Assembly: GCA_964016885.1 (NCBI GenBank)
Contig: OZ024740.1
Coordinates: 170,562,001 to 170,626,000, forward strand
Reading direction: 5' to 3'
Length of the DNA: 64,000 bases
Source of the DNA: Eledone cirrhosa
Lineage: Eukaryota
The notes under the pieces were generated by a model, which was given only the letters and a program-made list of their open reading frames with translations, had not been told where the DNA came from and searched no databases. The stretch's first letter is position 1. The number at the start of each line of letters is the position of its first letter. The position numbers and the translations under genes were made by a program. Positions 10,466 through 23,100 of the stretch are shown here, in pieces.

Positions 10466-11939
10466 AAGCACGCTTTTTGGAATGCTTCAAAAGGCATGCT
10501 TGCTGGGAACAGCAAGAACCCTCCGATACGTCCTGAATATCTGAGGCTGCAGGTAGTGGCTTGATATTCATTTCAACAAACTTTCCAGTTAACTAACATC
10601 AATGACTGGAAACTTTTTGAGATAGTACCTAGTGCGCCTATGACAATCGGGATCATTTTGACTTCATGGCAGTTCCAAATCCTTTTTACCTCCCACTTTA
10701 AGTCCTGGTATCTGTTAATTTTCTCCCTCTCCTTCTCTTGCACTCTCGTGTCAAATGGTCAGGCCACATCCACAATCAGGCACGATCTTTTTTCCTTGTC
10801 CAAAACCACCAGGTCAGGTCTATTGTGTTCCAGTTTCTTGTCCGTCTGTATCCTAAAATCCCACAGCACCTTCACCTGATCGTTTTCTATCACCGAATCT
10901 GGCTTATGCTCATACCACTTCTCAGAATGTGATAAATTATTTACTTTGCATAGGTGCCAGTGGATCACCCTGCCCATCACATCATGTCTCCAGCCCTTAT
11001 AGTGAGTCTGGGCTAGGTGTTTAGACTCGGATACAATGTGAGCCACAGTCTCCTCTCTCTCTCCACAGATCCTGCACAGAGGGATAGCCTCCGCCTTGTA
11101 AATATGGTGTTTCAACCACTTCGTTTTGAGGGCCTGCTCTTGCGCAGGCATTAACATTCCTTCTGTAGCCTTTTTAACGTCTCCTCTTTTCAACCAGTTC
11201 CATGTCAGTGGATCTCTGAATTCAATTTTCTCAAAGAAGGTACTATGAAGGGATTTTTCATGAAGGCTGCTCTTTCTCCTTGTTGTTATTTCCTCCTTGG
11301 ACATCCCCTGGTCTATTGTCCTCTCCTTCAGTACAATTCTTAGCATTGGCTCCTTACTATCAGTCACGTATTTGTGTAGGTTGTTTTTCTCCATCTGAAC
11401 ACAGTCCTCTATGCTGATAAGACCTCTTCCACCATCAGATCTCCTTAAGTAGAGTCTATCGACATCACTCCTCTTTTGGAACATGTTGTAGATAGTCAAT
11501 AGCTTCGTAGTCTTCCTATCCATTTCTTTTTGTTCAGCAACATTCCATCTCAGAATTCCCGTGTGTCTCCTCTTGCAATTCCTCATTACCATCTTATCAA
11601 CTGGTCCTTTGTACCACGTGACTTCTTTCGGCATCCTTTCTGTTCGTCCGGTAACAAGTTGTTTGTGTGGAGGTGATGGTAGATTCCCTCAGACATAATG
11701 CTTGTTAACAGTTTCCACATAACGGACATACATGTGATAGGTCTATAGCTGGTAACATCATTACCCTTGATTCGGTCTTTCATTACCAAAACTGTGGTAT
11801 CTTTTGTCAACCACTCTGGTACCTAACCTGACATCAAGCAATCATTGAACATGGTTGTCAGTTTCGGCCGGAGGGATGTTATATTTTTAATCCAATACCC
11901 CTGCACACCATCTGGGCCTGGTGATTTCCAGTTGGTTAG
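10466..11939 (-). mobile_element. R4/Dong-clade non-LTR retrotransposon relic (RT with internal deletion + zinc knuckle + restriction-like endonuclease)
   Basis: NWKSPGPDG, YRPITC..WKLLT, EQKGCRK, RLYL.R..GGRGL, AQEQAL.T, CRICG..ETVAHI, RHD and NRPDLVV..DVA motifs. The 5'-truncated end abuts (TAA)n. Confidence 0.85.
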
Positions 11940-11965
11940 TTATTATTATTATTATTATTATTATT
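11940..11965 (+). repeat. (TTA)n tract shared by the Dong relic and Tx1 element A
   Basis: Direct reading. Confidence 0.95.
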
Positions 11966-12179
11966 GAATGCCATGGTTGACGGAGGCTCGGCTCTGTAAG
12001 GTATAGTAATTTTTAACCGTTAAAACAATTGTAAATTGTTTAAAACTTGAACCAAATTGTTGATAAAGACACCCTCCTCCTCGTGAGAGGGGTCTTTCTG
12101 TCCGTTATTTGGCCCTTCGGGGTTAAATAACCAGTTATTGGGGTTTTGTACCCAATATTCATTTTAAACAAAAAACAAC

Positions 12180-14282
12180 ATGGCTACGAAAAAGAAATTT
12201 CATACGTCACTCCCACTCATTCCGTCTTCTTCTTCCTCAATCATCACTACAGCAGAGAGAAGATTGTCTCTCTCCCTCCCTTCTTTAAATGTGTCTCTCT
12301 CCCTCCCTTCTCTTTCGCAAGTGACGAAAGAAAAGAAAAGTCTCGTGCAAAGCGTGCAAGGGTTCTCCACGACGACGACGACAGCGACGAAACAGGTGTG
12401 CGGGAAATACGAAAACCCAGTTCATTCGTCTGACGTCAGGAATAATAGCAGTAGCAGCCGTAATAACAACAGCAACAGTGACAATGAAAACAACAGTAGC
12501 AGCCGCAACAGCATCACCAGCAGCATAAACAACAACAGTATTAGCAGCAGCAACACCAACAAAAACCACAGCAACAGCGGCGGCGGCAGTAGTCGTAGTA
12601 CCTGCAGCAACAACAAAAGTACCAGCAGCTCTGACGACAACAACAACAATAGCAGCAAAGAAAAACCAATCTCATTTGCAAGCATTGCGAAAAACTTGGA
12701 AACAATCCTCATAACAAATGAGGAATTAGAGGAAGCGAAGAAGATGGTGACAAAGAATGGACACCGAGCAATCTGCAAGGCAGCGGAAAAATTTTTCGAA
12801 ACCCAACAGCACTGTACGGTCACGTACCGTACAGTAAGTACAAAATCCCGTAGGGTGGAAAGAGCCACAGAGGCTCAGATACAAAAAGCCTTGGGGTATG
12901 TGTGGCAGCGGAAAACGCACATCACCCGAGGCAAAAAATATGCCACCGTAGACGTACTTTTTGTCACACCCCAGGAGGCAAAGGCCCAATCAGTAGTGAC
13001 CCTAAGGAGCGAGGAAATGGTGTTGGTGCCCTCCTACTGCGGGCAAAAAATTGTGAGGGTCAAACTGACCCACGTCCCCCCCGGAATGGCCCCTTCTTGG
13101 CTGGCCGCGTCTGTCCTCGTCGGAATCGAGGACAAAACAACTGTACTGCAAGTACAGAAAAAAGTAAGAGAAGATTGGGTCGGCACCTCCATTGAGATGC
13201 TAATCCAAACCAACCAGGAGTGCATCGAAGCTATCCCGGATGTGATAGACTTCGATAACGGCACTCAACTGCCCATAAGTGTTGAGGGCAAACGCCCGAA
13301 ATGCTTTCGCTGTGGATCGAAGACTCACCTCAGGGCCTTCTGCAACGAGAAGACCCTGAGAAAGGAGAAAACCCACCTCCTTCCGAATCCGGCTCCACGG
13401 CTACCAGCAACAGGACAAGCGGCAACCAGGAACGATAGGTCCGTGGCACCCATACCCACTCCACGGAAATCAAAAACAGCAGCAGCAGTGGAAATATTAA
13501 CAACAACAACAGCAATACCAAATGCAGCTGCAACAGAGACTCCAGTGCAAACATCACCAACAACAACAAGTGAAAGAGTGGAGCTGGTACCTCTCCCCGA
13601 CCTCACAGAATCAGACATGGAGTGTGAGGTGGGAGAGGGATGGCAAAAGGTCGTAAGAAGGCACAAACGCAGAAGCAGCGCATCGTCGCCTTTGAAAAGG
13701 GAGGAAAGAAATGAGAAAAGGGTAAAGTCTACTGCAAAGAGACCCACAGCAGCAACACCACCAACACCATCACCACCCACACTAGCACCACCATCACCAC
13801 CGGCGACAACCCCACCGCCAACAACACCTTCAACACCACCACCACAAGCACCAGCATCGCAAACACAACAACAAAACACACACACCCAGCAACAACGACA
13901 AGAAAATAGCAGAACCACACCCCACCCCCAGAAAAACAAATGCACGGCAATGAATACACACAACAAGAAACTAATGACTTACATAATTGAACACACAGAC
14001 ATTTCACAACAGGACTACATAATACCAGCACCAATCAAAACGCCAACTAACATAAGACTGCTAAAAATAGCACAGAAACAATACACAAACATTAAAACGA
14101 AATTCCCCAACGCAGTTGGTGATTTCAGGGACCTAGGAGGAACCATCAATCGAAGAGAATATTCAGACATTCTCTTAGAAGAGCCGACGACCAGCCGAAG
14201 GGACGATTCAACGGTCCCTTCACCAGACGATCAAGTGAAAAGGGATGTAAAAACCATCCCTCCTCTACCAAAAGTACGGTAA
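12180..14282 (+). CDS. Tx1 ORF1 (gag-like nucleic-acid-binding protein), 700 aa
   Basis: N/S-rich N-terminus, probable RRM-like region, CCHC knuckle CFRCGSKTHLRAFC, Pro/Thr-rich linker, conserved C-terminal domain. Confidence 0.88.
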   Translation: MATKKKFHTSLPLIPSSSSSIITTAERRLSLSLPSLNVSLSLPSLSQVTKEKKSLVQSVQGFSTTTTTATKQVCGKYENPVHSSDVRNNSSSSRNNNSNSDNENNSSSRNSITSSINNNSISSSNTNKNHSNSGGGSSRSTCSNNKSTSSSDDNNNNSSKEKPISFASIAKNLETILITNEELEEAKKMVTKNGHRAICKAAEKFFETQQHCTVTYRTVSTKSRRVERATEAQIQKALGYVWQRKTHITRGKKYATVDVLFVTPQEAKAQSVVTLRSEEMVLVPSYCGQKIVRVKLTHVPPGMAPSWLAASVLVGIEDKTTVLQVQKKVREDWVGTSIEMLIQTNQECIEAIPDVIDFDNGTQLPISVEGKRPKCFRCGSKTHLRAFCNEKTLRKEKTHLLPNPAPRLPATGQAATRNDRSVAPIPTPRKSKTAAAVEILTTTTAIPNAAATETPVQTSPTTTSERVELVPLPDLTESDMECEVGEGWQKVVRRHKRRSSASSPLKREERNEKRVKSTAKRPTAATPPTPSPPTLAPPSPPATTPPPTTPSTPPPQAPASQTQQQNTHTQQQRQENSRTTPHPQKNKCTAMNTHNKKLMTYIIEHTDISQQDYIIPAPIKTPTNIRLLKIAQKQYTNIKTKFPNAVGDFRDLGGTINRREYSDILLEEPTTSRRDDSTVPSPDDQVKRDVKTIPPLPKVR

Positions 14283-14318
14283 GTGGTCTTTCCCATCTTT
14301 TTCCACTCTATTTTAAAC

Positions 14319-17300
14319 ATGACCTCACTCAGAATAGGCAGCATAAATGCGCGTGGCTTGGGGTCGTCATGGAAGCAGGGTCACCTGCTCAACGACCTCA
14401 GGTCACTAAACATAGATGTAGTGGCCATCAGCGCGACCAGAATCTCCGAAGCACGGGCCTTCGCACCGATCTTCGGCGGCTACGATGTGTACGCATCTCC
14501 CAGCCGTCCTGGATCGGGTGGAGGAGTTGCTGTGCTTTTTCGGAGAGGTTTGGATCTCGCCATACGGGCCATCTTCCTGGACCCAGAGGGTAAGCTGGTG
14601 GTGCTGGACGTGACCAGCGGAGACGGGCAAGCTTTCAGGCTAGTGGCCGTCTATGCCCCGACAGGAGCAGGGCGGCCTGATTTCTTCCGGCGTCTGGAGA
14701 GCTTTCTTGGAACGTCCCGCTCTTTAGTGTTAGTGGGCGACTGGAACGGGATCTTAGATGCACGCTGGGACTGTGTGGGATTAGCGGATAGGGGTGGAGG
14801 GTGCAAGAGCCTCACCAACCTGCTCAGGCGTTTTGAACTGTCTGACAGGTGCCGATTGGATTTCCCGAATGCGCCAATGTGGACTTGGACAAATCGCATA
14901 AGGTCTTCCAGATCATATCTAGATAGAGTATTTTGTAGGGAAATAGATAGGTCTAGCATAGGCTGTCCACAATTCAAGATAGTCAGCTACACGGACCACA
15001 AATTAATCGTAATCTGTGTGCTTGACTTAGATAGGCTTCATAGACGAGGACCCGGCTACTGGAAGCTAAACGCGTCCTTACCAGCGCGCAAGGCCTACAG
15101 AGACCGGATTAGCGAACTAGTTAAGCGGGCGTTGACGGGGGCGATCGTCAACAACAAGTGGTGGTTTGCTCTGAAAAGAGCGATTAGAATAGAATCGATT
15201 AGGTTTAGTAAGGCTTTAGCAATAGAGAAAAATAGAGCAGAGGGAGAACTAGTTAGAAAATTAGACGAGGCGCTTAGCAAAGGCATTGCGACCGACGTGC
15301 TTGCGGCGAAATTGGCCCTTGACCAATTCTTCAATGCAAAGCACGAAGGCTGCGTTGTCAGAGCTAGGGTGCGTGCTCTCAGACACGAGGGGACGAAAGC
15401 CGTTCAATTAGCCCGAGTGGCGGAGGCGCGTCGTGGCAACAAAGCCACGATCCGGTCTTTGGTGGACCACGACGGGCGCATGCTACTCGATCCCGGGCAA
15501 ATGTGTGAAGCTTTTCAGCGACACTTCGCTCAGCTGTTCGGGGGCAGCGGTGGGCCGGGTAGAGGCATGGATTTTAGTGTCTACCTCGACGGACTGCCGC
15601 GGCTCTCGGCCACTGAGGCGAAGTGTTGCGAAAAGCCGATAACAGCCGCTGAAGTAAGGGAGGCAATGACTTGCTGCACAAGGGGTAAATCGCCTGGTTT
15701 GGATGGTCTGCCCTATGAACTTTACGTACAGATGCCAGACTTGTTCGGAGGCCTCTTGGCGGACGTCTACTGCAACTGGCAACAGAACGGGAGAATTCCC
15801 AGTTCTGTGAGCCGAGGAGCGGTGGCACTGCTGAGAAAGGATCCGAACAAGGGGGATAACATAGATAATTTCCGGCCCATAACTCTGCTAAACACAGAGT
15901 TCAAGATTTTGGCCAAGGTGCTAGCAAAGAGGTTGGCGCTTGTCGTTGGTGGTCTGGTGTGAGAGGCGCAGACATGCGCCATTCCCGACAGATCCATCCA
16001 CGACAACCTCCACCTCATGCGATACATCATAGAGAGGGTAGCTAAGGAACCTGGCACGGGTGGGTCCTTGATCAATTTAGATCAGTCGAAAGCTTTCGAT
16101 AGGGTCGACCATCGTTACCTAGCGGCAGTCCTGAGGGCAGCTGGCTTTGGGCCCGTCTTCAGAGGCTGGATCGCTACCATGCACAGCGACATCTGCTCTG
16201 TGGTGAGAGTGAACGGTCACCTGTCGGAACCGTTCAACATCATGCGCTCGGTCCGCCAAGGATGTCCCCTCTCTTCCCTCTTGTACGTATTGACTCTCGA
16301 GCCATTACTGCACAAACTGGAGACGTTGAGGGGAGTCCCGCGCGAACTATGATGCGGAAGATCAGTGTCAGCATATGTGGACGATGTCACCGTAGTGGTG
16401 TCGAGCGCCAAACACATCGAGGCGATCGGCACTACACTAAGAGAATACGAAGCGGTGACAGGAGCAATGATCAACCAGGAAAAGTCAATGGGCCTGCAGC
16501 TCGGCACCTGGAGAGGCAGGTCCATGCCGTCCAACAGCGTCGTCGGACGCTGGACGGAGGGACCGGTTAAATTGCTAGGGGTCTGGTTCGGTCCGGACCT
16601 CCAGACGGACAAAAACTGGGACGAGGTGACCAGCAGGGTGGCTTCTCTCACCCAGAAATGGGCCGAGAGGAAGCTATCCCTGAAAGGTCGAGCCGAGGTG
16701 GCGAATGCGTACATCGTATCCGTCATCTACTACCGCCTGACCGTCGTACCTTGTCCTAAGCCCCGCCTGACTGCGCTGGAGCGTTTGCTCTTTCGCTTCT
16801 TGTGGAAGGGACGCGCTCCGATGGTCAGGCGGTCCATCTGCTGTCAACACCCGCTACGTGAAGGGCTGGGCATGCCGTGGCTGATGATGCGCAGACACGC
16901 GCTCAGGCTACGACATCTCCACCTCTTCCTCGACGGTGATCAGGTGTGGTCACCGTTTGCAAGACACGTTTTTCCCCAGCTCGTCTCCTTGACGGAGCTG
17001 CAGTCCTGGGTCAAGCGAAGACCGAGAGGGAGCGCTTGGAGACTGGAATGTCTTCAGGCGCTCACAGCCCTCGACCAATCGGGCAATGTGATCGGTGGAA
17101 ACTCCACCTTGGCGTTCTATAGGGGATTAGTGGAGGGGAAGAGCGACGATGTACTTGGAGAAACTCTAGGCGTCGACGAAAATCAACTAGCCAATCTCTT
17201 CGGAAGGACTTTCGGGCCGGGGCCTATGGACAACTTCCAGAAATCCCTGGCCTGGCAGTGCTACCGAGGAGCTTTGCCAGTTCGGGATAAACTCTACAGG

Positions 17301-17741
17301 CATGGAGGTGCCGTCAGCCGGGCATGTCCGAGATGCGCGCAGGGCGACGAAACCGTCCTGCACGCACTCGTCCAGTGTCCGAGCATTGCTGACTTGTGGG
17401 TTTATGTCGAACACCTGCTGTCACGTGTAGGACGGATCCAGCTATCAGCTGAGTCCATCGTGAGGATTGCCCCGCCCCCTTCCTTTAGCCTGGAAGGGCA
17501 GGCAGTTTTTATCTGTCTGGTGGCCATGGCGAAAGAGATAGTATGGTGGACACGTTTGAAAGGGCTGAAGACAAGCACTTACCTCTTCGGTGATGCCCTG
17601 ATTAACTTTTTCAAATTTCATTTGAAAAGGAAAATCAGGGTAGAGAGGGAAGTGCTCTCTTCCCAGCATTTTGTTGAAAGATGGGTGAGAGAAGCAAGTA
17701 TGGCCCGAATGAATGGGCTTTCTCTGAGTATGTGTCTGTAA
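14319..17741 (+). pseudogene. Tx1 ORF2 (APE EN-RT-zinc finger) with two in-frame TGA stops
   Basis: Single frame with TGA at 15960-15962 and 16350-16352. Motifs GDWN, TDH, KSPGLDGLP, DQSKAFDRV, RQGCPLS, YVDD, CPRC..H...C. Confidence 0.9.
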
Positions 17742-18223
17742 ATTAAAGGTGGAAAACTGGGAGAGGGCACTTGCCCTGGTGGTCAGGGCCACTGTGGTCT
17801 TTTAATGGGCTTTCTCCACAAATGTCCCTCCGAAGTCTCCCCCCTATTGGGGAATTTTTCATTGTTATTTTATTTCAACCTCTGTTTTTTTTTACACGCA
17901 GAAATGCCCATTTTTACCGTCCTGTATTGTCCTGTACTGTCCTTAATGTCTACTTTATGTGAACCCTTGTGGTTAATAAAGAAAACATTATTATTATTAT
18001 TATTATTATTGACGAAAGTGGATGTACGTTTTTTGAAGCTCCGTGAGTAAGCAATTTTTTGAGGATTAATTGTAGAGAATTGTTTATTTTTTGTACCGCT
18101 GAAGCATTATAAGACATTAATTTGTATCCTGTGAAGGAATAACTCATAATATTTGGGCCTTTTGGCCCAAATATTTGAACTTTATTTTGAAAAAAAAAAT
18201 AATAATTTTTTTCTCAAAAAAAC

Positions 18224-20134
18224 ATGGCGGAGCCACGCCCCCTAGAGGCGGGTCTGCTGTCGTGCAACGGCGACTTGAGCGTTGAGAGGAGAGGTGAGGC
18301 GAGGAGCGCCACCAGCACGAATGTGAGCAGCGACAGTGCCAGCACCAACGGGCCGAGCGGCGCGGAAGGTGGTAACAGCGACAACACCAACACCAACAAG
18401 CCGAACAGCGCAGAAGGTGGTAATAGCGAGAGCACCAACAAAACGAACAGCACAGAGAGTAATAGTAGCGACAGCAACAGCACCAACAAGGCCAACAGCA
18501 CAGAGGGTAACCACGACACAGGGGAGAACAACAACAGCAATAGCAGCAGCAACACCAACAAGAACAACAACAGTGACAACACCAACAAGAACACCTTCGC
18601 TGCTGTGGCAGCGGCTAAAAGGAGACCATGCTACAGCATCGACTTAACCAACAGAGAGGAAAAGTTGGCCCAGGCCTGGAAAATCATAAATCAAGAGCAG
18701 ACCTGGGCAAACTTAACTGTCCCGGCAGAAGCCATTGAGGCAGTGGAAAAAAGAACGGTGCATTTCAGATGCATCTCAGTAGAGACAAAGAGGGCAGCGA
18801 TAATCGCCCAAGCTGATATAGAAGCCGCACTGAAATACATCAGAGAGGACACAGACTTCATAGAGAGGGGCAGGCAATACGGCACCGTTTCGGTGCTGTT
18901 CAAGTCTGAAGCCCTCGCTGTGAAGCATTCAATGACCCCTTGCAAAACCAGCAAGGTTATAATGTACCCCTCCCACATGGGAAAACGAATAGCACGTGTG
19001 CGCATTCCCAGGATTCCACCAGGACTTGATATGTGGTGGCTCCTGGGTTGCGTAATCGTGGAAGGAACAGATACAGTCCCGGTAGAGGCAACGAGAACTG
19101 CCAGGGACGACTGGTCCGGGGTTGATCTGGAGATACTGCTCCAAATCAGACCCGAAAACGTAAAAGCAATCCCGGACCACATCCGCCTCCAAAACGGGAG
19201 GGTGTTGCATATAATGACCGAGGGCAAAAGGCCGCATTGTTTCCTTTGTGGGGAAACGACACACTTGCGAGCCTTCTGCCCTCAACTGCCGAAAAGCGCA
19301 AGGGGTCGAAAGATTCCACTGCTGGCGACGCCGGGACAAGGACCACCAGCAACACCGTCAACAATGGAACCACCAAAATTGCACACCCAGGGGGGAAACG
19401 AGGAAAGCTCTCCCATTCCCCCTCCCCCCCAAAATACACACACGAACAAGAACATAAACACTCACTCAGACACAAACACGCTCACAGCCACAGACCCCTC
19501 ATCCTCCAGCAGTGAAGATGAGGGAAAACCAAAGTCCCCCAAAATACAAAAAACAAAACACAAAAAAAAAAGAAATCCACAAAGCACAAACACCCCCACA
19601 AAAAAAAATACACACACCACCCACACAAACATTTTCCCCACAGCATCACCAACACAACCACCAAAATCCCCCAAACGCAAACAAGCTAAACAGACACAAG
19701 AACAAATAGACACACAAACATCAGAAACTACAGACACCCCACCCACAACAAACGCAGACACAATAGAAACAACACTAACAAAGCTATCACCACCACAATC
19801 ACACGAACAAATAAAACCCGAGCAACAAAACATTAAAAACTTCGTGCTTGCCAGAAGGGCCAACAAGGAATTGATGGCCCATGTAGCACGAAGCACAAAC
19901 ATCGAAAAAGACGGGGAAACATTTGAAGCGAGCACATTTCGCGTACCAGATAATTTGCTTCTGATGCGAATGTCGCTCGCTTCATACAAAGAAATTCGAA
20001 AGAGCTTTCCTCGGGATGTGGGAACCCCGAACGTAAAACCCACGTCAAGACTATTAAAGGGGTTCCCAAAAGAAACCCCACAAACCATGGAGGTCGAACC
20101 ACCCGACCTTCACAAGACCCCGGAAGGTAAGTAA
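18224..20134 (+). CDS. Tx1 ORF1, 636 aa
   Basis: N/S/T-rich repeats, CCHC knuckle CFLCGETTHLRAFC, Lys/Pro/Thr-rich linker, C-terminal domain homologous to A and C. Confidence 0.88.
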   Translation: MAEPRPLEAGLLSCNGDLSVERRGEARSATSTNVSSDSASTNGPSGAEGGNSDNTNTNKPNSAEGGNSESTNKTNSTESNSSDSNSTNKANSTEGNHDTGENNNSNSSSNTNKNNNSDNTNKNTFAAVAAAKRRPCYSIDLTNREEKLAQAWKIINQEQTWANLTVPAEAIEAVEKRTVHFRCISVETKRAAIIAQADIEAALKYIREDTDFIERGRQYGTVSVLFKSEALAVKHSMTPCKTSKVIMYPSHMGKRIARVRIPRIPPGLDMWWLLGCVIVEGTDTVPVEATRTARDDWSGVDLEILLQIRPENVKAIPDHIRLQNGRVLHIMTEGKRPHCFLCGETTHLRAFCPQLPKSARGRKIPLLATPGQGPPATPSTMEPPKLHTQGGNEESSPIPPPPQNTHTNKNINTHSDTNTLTATDPSSSSSEDEGKPKSPKIQKTKHKKKRNPQSTNTPTKKNTHTTHTNIFPTASPTQPPKSPKRKQAKQTQEQIDTQTSETTDTPPTTNADTIETTLTKLSPPQSHEQIKPEQQNIKNFVLARRANKELMAHVARSTNIEKDGETFEASTFRVPDNLLLMRMSLASYKEIRKSFPRDVGTPNVKPTSRLLKGFPKETPQTMEVEPPDLHKTPEGK

Positions 20135-20163
20135 ACCTTTCCTCTCCCATTCATCCTGCCAGC

Positions 20164-23100
20164 ATGGCCATAAGAGTAGGAAGTTTAAATGTTCGTGGCC
20201 TGGGGTCGCCCTGGAAGCAAGGTCACTTGCTCAACGACCTCAGGTCACTAGGAATGGATGTAATTGCCATCAGCGAGACCAGAATTTCCGACACACGCGC
20301 ACTGGCGCCGATTTTCGACGATTATCAGATCTTTGCATCTGTTAGTCGGCCGGGAATGGGAGGTGGAGTGGCTGTGCTGTTTAGGAAATGTCTGGATCTC
20401 GAGGTAAGGTCAATCTTCCGGGATCCTGACGGAAAGTTGGTGGTCCTGGACGTGAGCAATAGCGAAGGTGGTGCCTTTAGACTGGTGGCCGTCTACGCCC
20501 CTACTGGGGCCGGTCGGCCGGACTTCTTTAGGCGCCTGGAAAACTTTCTGCTTACGTCTCGCCCTTTACTGTTAATAGGGGATTGGAATGGCATCTTAGA
20601 AGCACGCTGGGATTGTGTGGGAGTATCTGATAGGAGCGGGGGGTGCAAAAGCCTCAAGTACCTGATCAGCCAGTTTCAACTGTCTGACAGGTACCGACTA
20701 GATTTCCCTAATGCGCCAGTATGGACCTGGACCAATCGCATAGGGTCATCTAGATCGTACATAGATAGGATTTTCATTAGGAAAAGAGATAGAAATAGTG
20801 TAGGATGTCCACATTTTAAAACGGTTGCCTATTCAGATCACAAGCTTGTGATCTGTATGGTCGACCTAGATAAGACACGTAGGTTAGGACCTAGCTACTG
20901 GAAGCTAAACATGTCGTTTCCGGCACGTAAAGCTTACAGGGACCGGGTCAACAACTTAGTTAAGCAAAAGTTGACAGGGGGGGTTGTCAACAACAGGTGG
21001 TGGGGGGCACTCAAAAGAGAGATTAGAGCAACCTCGATAGGATTTAGCAAAGAAGTAGCAATAGAGAAAAATAGAAAGGAGGAGGGGCTGATAGCTAAGT
21101 TAGACGAGGCTATTTGTAGTGGCATTGCAACAGACGTGCTAGCGGCGAGAATGGCACTAGACCATTTCTTCAATGCGAAACACGAAGGTTGCATTGTCAG
21201 AGCTAAGGCGCGTGCTCTGGGGAACGAGGGAACCAAAGCTGCCCGATGGGCTCGCTTTGCAGAGACGCAGCGTGGAAATAAAACCACAATTCGGTCTTTG
21301 ACGGATCGAGATGGACACGAACTGAGCGATTCCAAGCAGATGTGTGAGGCCTTTCGCCAGCACTTTGCTCGATTGTTCGGGAGGATGGGTGAGTCGGAGA
21401 CGGCGGCGGACTTCAGTCCCTACCTCGACGGCTTGCCACGCCTCTCGACGGCCGACGCTGAGCGCTGCGAAGAGCCGATAACATCAGTCGAAATTCAGGA
21501 CGCCCTTGTCGGCTGCTCGAGTCGCAAGTCACCCGGTTTGGATGGTCTGCCCTACGAGCTTTACGTAAATATGCCAGACTTGTTCTCCGATCTCCTCGAA
21601 GCGCTCTACTGCAACTGGCAGCAGAACGGGAGCATTCCCAGTTCTGTGAGCCGTGGCGTAGTGACGCTGATAAGGAAAGACGAGAACAAGAGGGACACAC
21701 TAGATAATTTCAGGCCCATAACCCTGCTCAACACAGAGTTTAAGATTTTGGCCAAGGTGTTAGCGAAAAGGTTGGCGCTTGTCGTCAAAGATTTGGTTGG
21801 GGAGGCGCAAACTTGCTCAATCCCGACCAGGTCCATACACGACAACCTCCACCTCATGCGATACATCATAGAGAGGGTTGGGTGCAAACCTGGCTTCGGT
21901 GGGGCTCTGATCAATTTAGATCAATCGAAAGCATTCGATAGGGTCGACCATCGGTACTTGGAGGCTGTCCTCGAGGCGGCTGGCTTCGGCCCCGTCTTCA
22001 GAAGCTGGATCGCTGCAATGTACAGCGGCATCTGCTCGGTGGTCAAAGTTAATGGCCACCTCTCGGAACCGTTTCAGATCTCTCGATCGGTCTGTCAAGG
22101 GTGCCCTCTATCCTCACTTCTGTACGTATTGACTCTTGAGCCTCTACTGCGGAAGCTGGAGTTGTTGCAGGGCATCCCGCTCGAACCGGGACGTAGAAAG
22201 GCTGCGTCCGCTTATGCGGACGACATCACCGTGATGGTGTCGGACACCTCGGAAATCGAGGTGATCCGCACCCATTTGGAGGAATATGAAAGGTTGACGG
22301 GAGCAAAACTTAACCCGGAAAAGTCGGTGGGCTTGCAGCTCGGCACCTGGAGAGGCAAGTCCATGCCGTCCAACAGCGTCGTTGGGCGCTGGACAGACGG
22401 ACCGGTAAAGTTGCTCGGGGTTTGGTTCGGACCAGACCTCCAGGTGGATAAGAATTGGGACGAGGTGACGAGCAGGATAGCCAACCTCACCCAGAAATGG
22501 GCTGAGAGAAAGCTATCACTGAAAGGGCGGGCGAAGGTGGCGAACGCGTACATCGCGTCCGTCATCTACTACCGCCTGACCGTCGTGCCTTGCCCCCGTC
22601 CACGCCTCGCCAATTTGGAACGGCTCCTTTTCAAATTTTTGTGGAGGGGACGGGTCCCGTTGGTGAGGCGGTCCATCTGCTGCCAGCACCCTCTTCGTGG
22701 AGGGCTGGGCATGCCGTGGCTAATGATGCGCAGACATGCGCTGAGGCTGCGACATCTCCAGATATTTTGCCTAAACGGTGAACAGGTGTGGTCGCCGTTT
22801 GTTAGACGGGCCTTTCCGCAGCTCATCTCTTTGACTGAGCTGCAGTCCTGGGTCAAGAAGAGACCGAGACTGGGCGACTGGCATCTGGAATGTTGCCAGG
22901 CGCTCACTGCACTCTGCAAGGTGGGCAATGCGGTCAGTGGAACTTCCACTCAAGATTTCTATAGAGGATTAGTGGAGGGCAAGTGCGATGACGTACTAGG
23001 AGAGGCTCTGGGCGTCAACGAAGTAGAACTGACCAGTATGTTCCGGAGGACTTTCGAGCCGGGGACGATGGATAACTTCCAGAAATCCCTCGCTTGGCAG

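Larger units (their letters stand above)
11966..18010 (+). mobile_element. Full-length L1/Tx1-clade retrotransposon, element A
   Basis: 5'UTR, ORF1, ORF2, 3'UTR with AATAAA (17975-17980), (ATT)n tail 17987-18010. Confidence 0.92.

Noticed and set aside
14283-14318. GTG start for ORF2 of A given by the ORF track
   Set aside because: Alignment with B and C places the start at ATG 14319; the upstream part is the inter-ORF spacer.
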